This document shows positions 46,106-56,700 of a stretch of 64,000 bases of DNA, piece by piece. The translations under genes were made by a program, and so were the position numbers. The notes under the pieces are model-generated. The model saw only the letters and a program-made list of their open reading frames with translations. It did not search any database and was not told the origin of the DNA. Numbering within the stretch: the stretch's first letter is position 1; every line of letters begins with the position of its first letter. The DNA comes from an archaeon (GTDB taxonomy: Archaea > Micrarchaeota > Micrarchaeia > Norongarragalinales > UBA97), in NCBI GenBank assembly GCA_020057405.1, contig JAGVFW010000013.1, positions 87,711 through 151,710 on the forward strand. Reading direction: 5' to 3'.

Positions 46106-49100
46106 CTATCCTGCCTCCAAATAAGTGTCCAATCGTCCAAGCGCACCCGGAAAAACGATTTCGTAGTCAGCCACGGTGCCGGTATAGTCCATGGCGTTAT
46201 AGTTGACATTCGCGCAGAATATAATGCTGTCGCCACCCGTGTACGTTCCGCTGTTGTCCTGGTCGGAATACAGCGATCCAATGAACGAATTGTTGTCACT
46301 TGAGTTCATCACATTCACATTCGCCAGCCGACACGTGTTGCGCAAAGTCGCGTTGTAGTTCCACGCGAGCTTGTCCTGCGAGCGCACCAAATTTAGGAAC
46401 GTGTCCATCGCCGGCATGTCGTCCGCCAGTGACGCCGTTCGCAGCCTTGACCACGTGATTGGGCTGCCGCTTCGGGTGATGTAGATTGTCGCGTTTTTAA
46501 TCCTGCCTGCCGGGGGTTTGATGAACGCGCTGTTGCCGCTGCCGTTAAGTTGCATGAAAACCTGGCCCCGGTATGCCGTGTAGTTTTCAGTCCCCCCGAC
46601 AGGATTGAGCGTGTAGTTGATAAACGCTAGGGCCGAGGCGTTCATGTTCCCCTCGGTGTCGGTGACGTAATACCGCCAGCGCAGGGAACTGTAGCCCGAC
46701 AAGTTGACGAACTTCGTGACGTTGCTCCAGTTGGCGTTGCCAGTAAAGTCAACTGCCGAATCGTTGACGAGCACGCCGCTGCCGTTGTCAAACTCGAAGA
46801 TGTAGGACTCGAACTGCACGTTATCAGTCCAATAAGCGCTGAAAGTGATGTTAGTCGCCGCCCGCCTGCCGCTTGTGGTGTTACCCGACCAGTTCGGCGG
46901 TTCCGTGTCGTTTGACACAACTATCCAGACCGTCTGGCTGAAGTTTACCGTCGCGTTCGTGCTATTCACCAGGCTGTTGGTAGCGTTTGCGGTGAAGTTG
47001 TGCGGCGTGTAAGTGTTGTTGAACGTGTTGTTGCCGATAACTTGCGTGACTTCAACCCACGGCGTCACGCCGTCAACATCAGTCACCAGGTTTTTCCACA
47101 TGGGGTTGGTGAAAGAACCCGTAGTGTTCGTTATGTTGACGAGCGCGTTCGAGATTGCCGTATTGTTTTCCCAAGTGACATTGACGCGCACGAACCACTT
47201 GACTGTGAAGTTGTTGGACCACCCGGCACTCCATCCGACTGCAGTGAGATTGAATGTCGTGTTGACGATTGTGACGTTTGAGTCGCCCTTCAAAAACACG
47301 TCGGCGTAGTTGGTGTCGCAGCCGTTGTTGCACGAGTGCATGACGCTCTGGGTAAGTGCGTTGTCGGCAGACGCGGTAGAGTTATAGCCTGCGGAGAATG
47401 AGTCGAAAGTCGTGTTTGTGAAGTTGTGCATGTTGCTTCCGTAGAGGTAGGCCGCGTAGGCACGCGTGAAGCCGGCGGTCGGCAAAAAGCTCGCGTTGAG
47501 CACGACGTGCGTGAAAGTGCCGTTTGAGGTGTTAAGCAAGGTCAGGGCGTTTGCAAGCCTGCCGTTTGTGAAGATGGCGCTTGAGGACACGCTTAGGCCG
47601 AAGCTGTAGAGTGCGTAAATGCCGCTTGCGTTCGTGTCGTTGGTCGCAATTTCGCTGTCAATGACGGTAATGTTGCTTGACCGAAGCAGGTAGATGCCGC
47701 TTGCATTCGTGCTGTTTGTAAGTATTGTCGTTGAATCGATGAATAGGTTTGTCGAGTCCGTCGCGTTGATGCCGTCGGCGTTCGTGCCGTTTGTGATGAA
47801 CGTGCAAAGAGTCGCGTTGAACCTATCGACGTTGAGGAGCGACACTGCGTCGGAGTTCGTGCGGTTGGTGCGGATCGTCACGCCAATGAGCGTGATGTTG
47901 TTGGCGTTGACCACGCGCAGGCCGTGCGAGCGCGTGCCATTTGTGGTAATGGTGGTGTTGATGATGGTGACATTGATGCTGTTGCTAATGCCCGTGCCGT
48001 TTAAGTAAATCGCGGGCGAGTCGATGAGCGCAACGCCCGACTGTCCGATGCGGCAGCCCCGGATGGTGATGTTCTCGAGGCCGACTGTGCTGTAGTTGAT
48101 TCCCACTCCGGCCGAAGTAGTGGCGTAGGTGATGTTGTAGCCCTCGCAGTCAAGTGTGATGTTGCTGTGGGTAAACGTGATGCAGTTGATTGTTGCCGAA
48201 ATGCTCTTGTTTAGGGTGTAAAGCGAGTTGAACCCTTCCTCGGCGCCGGTGTAGGGCAGCCCGCCGCAGCGGTTTATCGCATGGGGGTCTGCTGCGATGA
48301 ATGTGTTGATTTGCGTTGCATTCATGTTGCCTTGCGTGTCGTTGGCGTAGACGCGCCAGCGCACGACGCTGCCGATGGCCGGAAGGATTTTGGTGACGTT
48401 GGTCTGGTTTCGCTTGTCGTAGAAGTTGACGAGCGAATCGTTCACCATCGTGCCGCTGCCGTCGTCGTACTCAAAGACGTACCCCCACAACTGGTTTTCA
48501 TCCTGCCAGTCTACCATGAAGAGCGCCGCTTCGCCGGCTCTCGTGGTGTTGGTGTAGTTGCGCGTGTAGTTGGGCGTGAGCAGGTCGCCGTGGAATGAGA
48601 GGTTGGCGATGGTGAAGTTGCCCATAAACCGGGGTGTGCTTCCGTCCTCGTACCACATTTTTACCCTGCCGATTGCGCTTGTCTGTAGCTGTATGATTAC
48701 TGCCAAGCGGCTTCCGGTGGGCAGGAACTTGGAGGTTACCACGCCGAATGTGAGTTGTCTTGCGATGCAGGCTGCGGTTGTAGTGACGTTGAAGTAGGCC
48801 GTCTGGCCGATTTTCGTCATGGATCCGGTATAAGTGCTGTAGTTGTAGAGCCAGGCGCGCGCGCCGTTGCTTCCCGCGGCTGCCGTGACGTTGAGGCAAA
48901 CGAAGACGCCTGCAGTGCCGCTCATGTTGCGCATTTGACTTGAGTTAACTGGGTCTTCGTAGAACGTGAAGTTTACTATGTTGTTGCTGACTTCGTCGTG
49001 CGCAAGTGTCTTTGCCGGTAAGCTCGTCTGGTTCATCGTGTAGAATGAGGCAGTGTCGTTGATTGTCACGAGTGTGGTGCTGTTTCTGAGAAACAGCGTG

Positions 49101-49165
49101 GCGGCGTTGACATTCGGCACTGTAACGACGATAAGCAGTAGGAGCAGAAACAGCCTTCCCTTCAC
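46106..49165 (-). CDS. 1019-aa secreted right-handed beta-helix (PbH1/NosD-like) glycoprotein
   Basis: Repeating ITTNGTRSHG/IRTNRTNSDA/ILTNSTNASG rungs, flanked by two homologous Ig-like modules (W.D…F..D.GSG..VND…RWR.Y..DT.GNMNA). Confidence 0.85.
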   Translation of the reverse strand: MKGRLFLLLLLIVVTVPNVNAATLFLRNSTTLVTINDTASFYTMNQTSLPAKTLAHDEVSNNIVNFTFYEDPVNSSQMRNMSGTAGVFVCLNVTAAAGSNGARAWLYNYSTYTGSMTKIGQTAYFNVTTTAACIARQLTFGVVTSKFLPTGSRLAVIIQLQTSAIGRVKMWYEDGSTPRFMGNFTIANLSFHGDLLTPNYTRNYTNTTRAGEAALFMVDWQDENQLWGYVFEYDDGSGTMVNDSLVNFYDKRNQTNVTKILPAIGSVVRWRVYANDTQGNMNATQINTFIAADPHAINRCGGLPYTGAEEGFNSLYTLNKSISATINCITFTHSNITLDCEGYNITYATTSAGVGINYSTVGLENITIRGCRIGQSGVALIDSPAIYLNGTGISNSINVTIINTTITTNGTRSHGLRVVNANNITLIGVTIRTNRTNSDAVSLLNVDRFNATLCTFITNGTNADGINATDSTNLFIDSTTILTNSTNASGIYLLRSSNITVIDSEIATNDTNASGIYALYSFGLSVSSSAIFTNGRLANALTLLNTSNGTFTHVVLNASFLPTAGFTRAYAAYLYGSNMHNFTNTTFDSFSAGYNSTASADNALTQSVMHSCNNGCDTNYADVFLKGDSNVTIVNTTFNLTAVGWSAGWSNNFTVKWFVRVNVTWENNTAISNALVNITNTTGSFTNPMWKNLVTDVDGVTPWVEVTQVIGNNTFNNTYTPHNFTANATNSLVNSTNATVNFSQTVWIVVSNDTEPPNWSGNTTSGRRAATNITFSAYWTDNVQFESYIFEFDNGSGVLVNDSAVDFTGNANWSNVTKFVNLSGYSSLRWRYYVTDTEGNMNASALAFINYTLNPVGGTENYTAYRGQVFMQLNGSGNSAFIKPPAGRIKNATIYITRSGSPITWSRLRTASLADDMPAMDTFLNLVRSQDKLAWNYNATLRNTCRLANVNVMNSSDNNSFIGSLYSDQDNSGTYTGGDSIIFCANVNYNAMDYTGTVADYEIVFPGALGRLDTYLEAG

Positions 49166-49190
49166 GCACTAGGGTAGGTTGGATGGTCTT

Positions 49191-52100
49191 TTATTTTCGG
49201 CGCTTTGGCGCTGCCTTTGCTGGCGTGGGCTTGCCTTTCGCCGCGGCTGGTTTTTGGGCATTTGGCGTTGCTTTGGCTGGCGTGGGCGTTAAAACCGCCT
49301 GTTTTGGCGGAGTTATTTTCTTTGCCGGAGCCGCCTTTGGAGCGGCTGTAGGCACTCGAGCTTTGGCCGCGGCGGCTTTTGGCCAAGGCCTGCTTTTCGT
49401 CCGCGTTGCGGCGGGCGTCTTTGGTTTTTGAACCGCAATTTTTGCCGGCGTTTTTTCTCGCCCGGCCTGTTCTTCAAGCTCTTCCTTTACTGTTGCGGCG
49501 CTTGTTTTGAGTTTCTTGAGGTCGGCCCGCAGCCGGTCTAGCAGTACTGTAACGTCAACTTCCTCCTTGGGATTCACCTGCGCTTGTTCCGCCGCGGGCG
49601 CGGCCTTGGTTTTTGCCTCCGCTTTTGCGTCTTGCGCTTCCTTTACCTTCTCTTGCCTGGCGGCTTTTCTTGCCGCAGCCTCGCGTGCTTTTCGTTCAGC
49701 CGGTGTAAGCTCGTCCATGATGCCTGAGATGATGTCCGCAACGCCCGAGTTCTTGAGATTATGGGTGTGCGCGTCGAGTTCTGGCTGCGGGATTGAGGCC
49801 AAGTCGATTTCCGGCTCTGAAACGGTTGGTTCGGCGGGTGCGGTTTTCGTGCCCATGTACATCCTGCGGCGGCTGGGCGCTTGTGGGACTGGCTGTTCTG
49901 CCGCTGCGGGCACTTGAGCTGCAGCCGCGGCTTTTTCCATTGGCGTTTGGACGCCTATAGCTCCGGGCGCGGGTTTGGCTGGCGTTTCGTCGGGTACTCC
50001 TTCGACGACCGGCTGGACTTGCGGCGCTTCGGCCTCCTCTTTCTTTGGAGCCGTCGCCGTTACCGCCTTGGGCCGTGCTTTGGAGATTGCAGTTGAAACG
50101 CGGTTTACCATGCTTGAGAAGGCTGAAGTGACTTTGGCCGCCGGGGCTGGGTGTGCGGCCTCGACGTTCTCCTGCGCTACTTTGAGCCTCTGGGTCACGA
50201 CCGCGACGGCCTTCTTTTCCTCGTCGTCGGTCATCGGAGATTTTTCAATCGGCACTTGCGCTTGGGCAACAACTGCAGCCGCTGGCGTCTGTGGCGCGTC
50301 GGCTTCCGGCATTGGCGCGTGCTCTTCCTCTTGCTCAACAACAGGCACCGGCGCCTTTGACCGTACTGCGGCCCTGACTTTGGCGACCACGCTAGCGGCT
50401 GAAGCGGGCTTCCCGATAGTCATTGGTTCTGCTTGGGGTTCCTGCGTTTCCTCGTCTCGCGGCGCCTCTTCCTGCACTACCCTTGCCGTGCTCTGACCAA
50501 TTGAGGTTGCCTTTAGCGTGTCTCGGTCCTCGGTTTGGGTTACTTCAGCCAGCCGGCGCGAGATTTCCTGCTCGAGTTCTCGCATTTTCCTGAAGTTCGT
50601 CTCGCGGATTTTCTTGTAGTCAACTTCGCTGATGGTCTTGTCGAGGTATTCCTCCTCGGTTTCGGCCAAAATGAGCTTGACGCTGTTGATTTTCTTTCGC
50701 AGTTCCTTTACGGGCTCTGGCAAGTCGCGGCCTTGTTGCGCGAGGATGATTTTCGCGTTGAATTCCTTTAGCGACTGCTTGAGGTCTTCAATCTCGTGGC
50801 TGGCGGTCTTGGAATCCTCTTTAGTCGAGAACTCGCCTAGCTTGGCGTTTAGCGACTCGACCATCGTCACAAGTTCCTTGACGCTCTCGGCAAGCAAGTC
50901 TTGTCTGCCGCGGTAAGTGCCGAAGTCCTGCAGGCGGCGGTTTAGCTCGACGAATTCAGTGCTTAAGTCCTCGTTTAGCCGCTCGGCCTTGCCAAGCATG
51001 CTCTCCATGCGGCCGGTCTTTACCGCGACGTCCTTGTTTACTTCTGAAATGTTGCGCAGGCTGCCGATGCTCTCTAGAAGCGACCTGACTGCCGAAACGC
51101 CGTGGGCAAGGTCTTGGACCATTCCCTCGAGCTTTTCGACCCGCAAGGCCATTTGCTCGGACTCGCCGTCGCGCTTCTCAAGTTCCTTCATGTACTTTTG
51201 GGGCTCGATGCTCTTGACGAGGTCGGTGAATTGCTCGGTGGTCGCTTCCTGTTTCTTTATCGCGCCGTCAACCGAAAACACCATCGAGCGGATTTCGCCC
51301 ACGTTCTCCATAATCGTGCTGACCCGCTCGTAGAGGCCTTCGCGCATCTCGCCAAGAGCATCAACGCGCGTCTTTAGCTTCTCAAGCTCGATCTCAAGCT
51401 TGGCGCTTGAGGCGCCTCCCGTTGCAGTCGAGGCGGCTTCAGTGCCCGTCGCTTGCGAGAACCCCGAGGTAGGCTGCGCGGATTGTTGTTGCGCTTGCTG
51501 TTGTGGAGCATGGTGCGTCACCGTCTCGGCCGCCTGGCTTATAGCCCCCCTTAGCCTGCCGATGATGTCGTCGGGGTTGGACGCGGCGGCAGGTGCAGTG
51601 TCAGCAATTGGCGTCGGCATCTTGGGCTTGTCCTTCTCGTCGCCCATTGCCGCCTTTTCAGCAGGAGTTAGGGGCATCGCTTCGGCCGAAAACCCGCGGG
51701 CGCTGCCTGCCGTGGCATAGGCCGTGTCGCGCGAGCTAACTGGTCCTCCGCCACTAGCCTGCGAGTATGACGTGTCATCCGCACCAGGCGATAGCCGCAG
51801 CCGCGAGATGATGTCACGCGCTTCGCGCATTGAACTGTCGTCGATTACGGGTGCCCGCGGTGAGGGGGGCGTGTATTGCTTGCCGTAGGCGCTCTCGTCG
51901 TCGTGGTAGCCTTCTACCCACGGCCCATTGCTTTGTCCTTGCGCTTCGTCCCCTCCTTCGCCCTCGGCGGAGTCAGCGTATTCGCCAGTGCTAAAGTCGG
52001 TCTCGTCAGTGTAAGTGCGGTTTGAGGGAAGTTCGTAGTTGCGTAGCCTGCCGCCTGCCGGTCTCGCCTCTTCGTCAGCGTACCTGGCTCCACGCCGTGG

Positions 52101-52838
52101 CGCCTCGTCGTAGTCCCTGCCTTCGTCCCTTGCCGTGCTCCTTGGCCGCGGTGAGTCAACGCCGCGGGTCGCGCGCCCGGGCGTGCGGTAGTCTTCCCCC
52201 CCTCCGTATGCGCGCTCGTCGTCACTTGCATGCCGTGAACCGCCCAAGTCGCCTGCCCTGGCGTCGGTAAATTGCGTTTCGTTAATCAGTTGGGTGATTC
52301 TATCGAGCTTGCGGCCGTTCTCCTTTCGTAGCTCGAGATAAGTTGCTTGCGTGATGCTGCCTTCGTTAAAGCCCTCTTCGAGAACCTCTAGCATTGCCTC
52401 AACGTTCCTCTTCGCCTCGACTAGTGACGCGCGTTCTTTTGCAATGCGCGCAATCTGGTCTTTTCGCGTCGCTCGCGGCCTGTCGACCCGCTCGACGAAG
52501 TTCTCGACCACTTCCTCGGGGCCCATGGCGTCGTACTCGCCGTCCCAGTCGTAGCCTTCCTCCTCGTACTTGTCAAGAATTCGCTTGTAGTCGTCTAGGC
52601 GGCCGAACTTCTTGACGTGCGCGAGTTTCTTGAGCGCCTCGCCCTTGACTTCGTAGTAAGTGTCGTCGCTAATCCCACTTTGCTTGTGGCTGTGTTCAAT
52701 GAACTTTAGGAGCGCGACAATGCCGCGGTTCATTGAGTCAAAGTCCGGCCGGTGTCTCGCCAAGCCTTCCAAGTCGCGGCTGGGGCGGTCTACGCGCCGG
52801 CGTACGACGCGGATGTCTGGGTCTTGCGGTTGCGGCAT
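49191..52838 (-). CDS. 1215-aa cytoplasmic coiled-coil/low-complexity protein with three SHOCT-like motifs
   Basis: No signal peptide or TM; long heptad region; Ala/Pro/Lys-rich tail. Confidence 0.8.
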   Translation of the reverse strand: MPQPQDPDIRVVRRRVDRPSRDLEGLARHRPDFDSMNRGIVALLKFIEHSHKQSGISDDTYYEVKGEALKKLAHVKKFGRLDDYKRILDKYEEEGYDWDGEYDAMGPEEVVENFVERVDRPRATRKDQIARIAKERASLVEAKRNVEAMLEVLEEGFNEGSITQATYLELRKENGRKLDRITQLINETQFTDARAGDLGGSRHASDDERAYGGGEDYRTPGRATRGVDSPRPRSTARDEGRDYDEAPRRGARYADEEARPAGGRLRNYELPSNRTYTDETDFSTGEYADSAEGEGGDEAQGQSNGPWVEGYHDDESAYGKQYTPPSPRAPVIDDSSMREARDIISRLRLSPGADDTSYSQASGGGPVSSRDTAYATAGSARGFSAEAMPLTPAEKAAMGDEKDKPKMPTPIADTAPAAASNPDDIIGRLRGAISQAAETVTHHAPQQQAQQQSAQPTSGFSQATGTEAASTATGGASSAKLEIELEKLKTRVDALGEMREGLYERVSTIMENVGEIRSMVFSVDGAIKKQEATTEQFTDLVKSIEPQKYMKELEKRDGESEQMALRVEKLEGMVQDLAHGVSAVRSLLESIGSLRNISEVNKDVAVKTGRMESMLGKAERLNEDLSTEFVELNRRLQDFGTYRGRQDLLAESVKELVTMVESLNAKLGEFSTKEDSKTASHEIEDLKQSLKEFNAKIILAQQGRDLPEPVKELRKKINSVKLILAETEEEYLDKTISEVDYKKIRETNFRKMRELEQEISRRLAEVTQTEDRDTLKATSIGQSTARVVQEEAPRDEETQEPQAEPMTIGKPASAASVVAKVRAAVRSKAPVPVVEQEEEHAPMPEADAPQTPAAAVVAQAQVPIEKSPMTDDEEKKAVAVVTQRLKVAQENVEAAHPAPAAKVTSAFSSMVNRVSTAISKARPKAVTATAPKKEEAEAPQVQPVVEGVPDETPAKPAPGAIGVQTPMEKAAAAAQVPAAAEQPVPQAPSRRRMYMGTKTAPAEPTVSEPEIDLASIPQPELDAHTHNLKNSGVADIISGIMDELTPAERKAREAAARKAARQEKVKEAQDAKAEAKTKAAPAAEQAQVNPKEEVDVTVLLDRLRADLKKLKTSAATVKEELEEQAGREKTPAKIAVQKPKTPAATRTKSRPWPKAAAAKARVPTAAPKAAPAKKITPPKQAVLTPTPAKATPNAQKPAAAKGKPTPAKAAPKRRK

Positions 52839-52908
52839 GCCTATCTTCCTACCCCCGATAATTTTACTACGCCTGTGTTTAAAACGGCGATTCTTCCCCT
52901 ATTCGGGC

Positions 52909-53685
52909 TCAGTCTATCCATTTCACTCTTCCAACAAGTTTCTCTAGAAGTTGTGGGTCGGACCGCCGTTTTTCCAATAGTCTGTTTAGGTAATCCCGGG
53001 CGTGGAAAACGGCCTTGGCGGTTCTCACGTTTTGGCTCGTTTGGCTATAGTCCGCGTTTTTCCCGTTGTGAATAAGATCGGGCGGCAGCCACTTGCTTCT
53101 CTTAACCCCGCCAAGATAGGGCTGTCGGCTGGCGACAATCAAGAGTCGCGTAGCATCTTCTGGTTCGAAATTCCTTGCCGTGCCCGCAAGATTGAGGCCT
53201 AGCCAATGCATGTATCCGGCGTGTTGTTCGGCTGAGAAATCGTGGGCTTGGGGTCTAGCTAGTTGGTCAATGCCCAACAGTTGGAGGAGTCTAACCGCGT
53301 CAACCCGGTTATCTCTTCCGGCTACAGCGAGTTCCAGCCACCGTATCGCTTCGACAAACACGGCTCCGGCGCTTAGGTGCGTCTGCATCTGTGAGGGGCC
53401 CAAGCCTTTTTTTTCACCTAATTTTTCCCGTACGTGATTCATCACGACGTGCAGAGCCTCGTGGCTGATCGTTTCTTCACTAGCGTCCGGGCTTAGTCTA
53501 ATGGCGTAGTCAAGCAAATCGTAAGTCGGTATTCCGCTTGCCTGCCCGACGCCGCTTTTTTCCGCAACAACGAGCCGATATTTTGGCAAGCTCTTCACGC
53601 GCAGGACGGATGCCCACTCGGCTAAGTGGTGGTTGATGCGCTTGCGCAGCCTTTCCCGGTGGTCTTCCCGCTCTGCTTTTCTCAT
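52909..53685 (-). CDS. HExxH zinc metallopeptidase-like protein
   Basis: TISHEALHVV followed by FVEA. Confidence 0.65.
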   Translation of the reverse strand: MRKAEREDHRERLRKRINHHLAEWASVLRVKSLPKYRLVVAEKSGVGQASGIPTYDLLDYAIRLSPDASEETISHEALHVVMNHVREKLGEKKGLGPSQMQTHLSAGAVFVEAIRWLELAVAGRDNRVDAVRLLQLLGIDQLARPQAHDFSAEQHAGYMHWLGLNLAGTARNFEPEDATRLLIVASRQPYLGGVKRSKWLPPDLIHNGKNADYSQTSQNVRTAKAVFHARDYLNRLLEKRRSDPQLLEKLVGRVKWID

Positions 53686-53707
53686 TCGCGTTTCGCTCTT
53701 GTTTGCC

Positions 53708-56700
53708 CTAGCCGCCGAGGCCCTTGAGCCGGGCGTTGAGCGAGTCGATGTAGCTTTGCGCCATGCGCAGGCTGCCCTGCTTCATCTTGTCGCCGGCAAT
53801 CTTGAGCTCGAGCTCCAGGTCGTAAGTGTCCCTGCCGCCTGCCTTGAGTGCGGCAATGCGCTTGGCCGTCTCGTCAATCTGCATTTGCACTGCGTCAAGG
53901 GCATCCAATTCGGCGTCTGTGAGAGCAAACGTGCTGTGCTTGAGTGCCCTGAAGCTGACGAACCATGGCTTGCCGTCGTTGTACTCTGGGTTCTGGAAGA
54001 GGCCCGAGCCGATGGTGAGTTTGGTGACGCGGTTGGCGTAGTCGCTGCCGTACTTGGTCTTGACGCGGCCGATGTCTCCCTCGTACTTGGTGCGCAGCTG
54101 GATTTCATTGCTGATGTTGGCCCGAATCGCGCCCTTGAAGTCGAGGAGCACTTGGGAAATGAGGAACAAGCCGATGCCCCACTTGCGGAATTCGCGGAAG
54201 CCGCGCTCTAGGGAGACGTAGCCGCCCTTGCCGCCGTACTTTGGCAACAACCTGTGGACTTCATCGAAGATGAGGAGGACCCGCAGGTTCTTGCTTTCAG
54301 GCGGCCTTGAGGCGAAGATGTTCTCGACGCTCTTTCGCACGAACCCGTCAATCAAGTCGTTGGGCAGCTTGTTCATCACGAAGACCGTGATTTCGCCGGG
54401 CTTCATGTGGTCAAAGATGTTCACGCCAACGCTTGGGTCCTTGATGAGGATGATGTTGGTCTTGTAGCTTCGCGCGGCCTCGGGTTTCATGCCAAAGTTT
54501 CGGTAGAGCGCAAGCATTTGCGCGTCGGTCTGTGGCCTGATGAAGCCAGTCCACTGGGCCGTCGGGTCGAACACTATGACCGGCAGGTTGCGTTCAAGCA
54601 GTTCTTCGGTGATGACTTGTGCCGAGACTGACTTACCTGAACCAGTACCGCCTGCCGCGATGCTGTGCATCTGCAGCTTGTTTAAGTCAACATAGGCCGT
54701 GATGTCGGTTTCCGCAATCCTGCCGACGGGAATGGCGTTGGGGCCGGGCTGAGGCAGTTTCTTGAAGTCAAGCGGGAAGATGTAGCGCGCCGCCTGCCTC
54801 TTGCCTGTCATGTAGCCGCGGTAGACGCGCCTGCCGACAAGCGTTGCAACTATGAGCAGGAGTATGATGTAGGTGAAGATGCTCGAGGTGATGCCGCCGA
54901 TGACTAAACCGACTAGCGATGGTGAGGTCAGCTCGAAGTCGTCAACGGCCTTTGAGTTCCTTCCGCCAGAGTAGGTGATGATTGCCTCAAGCACGTACTT
55001 GTCTGCGGGAACGTCTTCGGGAATCGGGATTGCAACGACGCGCGTAACTATGTCGCGCACTGCGACCGTGTCTGACGTGGTGAGGATGGCCGCGTCTTCG
55101 CCGACGGTCTTGACGTTTAGCGTAAGCTGGCCGTCGGTCACTTCAGAAACTTCGCCGATGTTCACTATAGTGACTTCGCCGCGAAGCGTGTTGCCGGGTT
55201 GCATGACCTTGCTTAGCACTTTGAGCCTGACTTCGAGGATGGGTTCCGGCGCGCGGACTATCTTGACCGTAATCGGCCTGCGGTGCACGACGCCGTCGAC
55301 AGTGATGATGATGGTGCCCTGGTACGTGCCTGGCAGCGAGTTTTCAGTGCTGATGATGTTGACTACAACCCCGCCGACGCTGTTGGGGCCCAAGGTAACC
55401 GACGGGGAGTCGAAACTAATGAAGTCCGCTGCATCGCCTTCTACCCTCGCCGTAGCCGTTGTCGTCCTGCCGAGGTTGTTCGTCACCGAAATCGAGTACT
55501 TGACGCTCTCGCCGGGCTTGATGGTGACAAAGATGATGTTGGCTTCAACCTGTGATGGTGGTGCCGAGATGTTGGCTTGTCCGCTGCCAGCCTGTCCCGT
55601 GCCAGCTCCTCCGCCCGCTCCTGGCGTTGGCGAGCCTTCACCACCGCTTCCGCCTCCTCCGCCACCGCCTCCTCCTCCGCCACTGCCTCCTCCGCTTCCG
55701 TTGCCAGTGCCGTTACCGGTGCCGTTGCCGACGTTTCCGCAGTCGGCGTTGCACACTGAAGCGCCTTCGCCGTGGTTTGATTCGCAGATGCCGTCGCCGC
55801 AAATGAATTGCGCAAGCGCGTAGGCCGGCTTAAGCAAGGTTGTGCGTTCGACCATGATGTTCTGGCTTGAGACGAGTACTGAGTTGTTGCTGCGCACCCA
55901 GCTGTTGTTGTCGCACCCGACTGTTGGCGTGTAGTTGGCGCACGAGTAGATGCCAAGGTTTGATTCTGAAAAGCCGGTGTAGCCCGTGTAGTTCAGCGAG
56001 ACGTTGGCATTTCCGTAGGTAAGCTGGTTTGCTAGGTAAAGGCCCTTGATTGCACCCGCTCCGATGCGCACTGCCGGGATGTTGCCAAAGAGAACCGGGT
56101 TGTAGACACTAGCGGTAATCGGGACCGATATCAGCAACAGGCGGTCTGAAGTGAGGTTGAACGACAGTCGGTTGTAAGTGTCGCCGTAGACGGTCTTGTT
56201 GTAAGTGCCGTTTGACAGTGTAGCGAACTCGAACGGGTGGGCGCCAAGGCTGTCGAAGAAGTCAAACACTATCGGCAGGGCCGAACTGCCGCCGGTCTCC
56301 TGGTCAGTAGAAACGCCGTGGAAGAGGAACGCGTTTCCGACTACGAACGTACCGCTTGCCGTGCCGCAATTGGCGCTGGCATCGCAGGCCCGCGCGTCAA
56401 TGGTGTACGTTCCGGTTGTCGTGGTGTTGGTCAGGTTAAGCGCGTAGTGGTAGATGTCCCCAGCCCGGCCAAGGTAGGTGAGGGACTGGGCCTGCACCAT
56501 GCCGCCTGGATAGGTGATGTTGAGCGTGACGTTCGCGTTGTTGATGATGCCGCCGTCAGTGACGTTGAGTGTGATTTGCTGGACCGTGCCCGCTGCAATT
56601 ATCGCAGTGAAGTTAATTCCTAGCACCGGGGCGGCATTGTCAATGTAGGCAACCGCGCGTTGTTCAATGTCATAAGCCGTGAGGCTGCGGTTTAAGTCGT

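Noticed and set aside
55620-55740. ccgcct/ccaccg tandem repeats
   Set aside because: They simply encode the poly-Gly linker of the giant protein.
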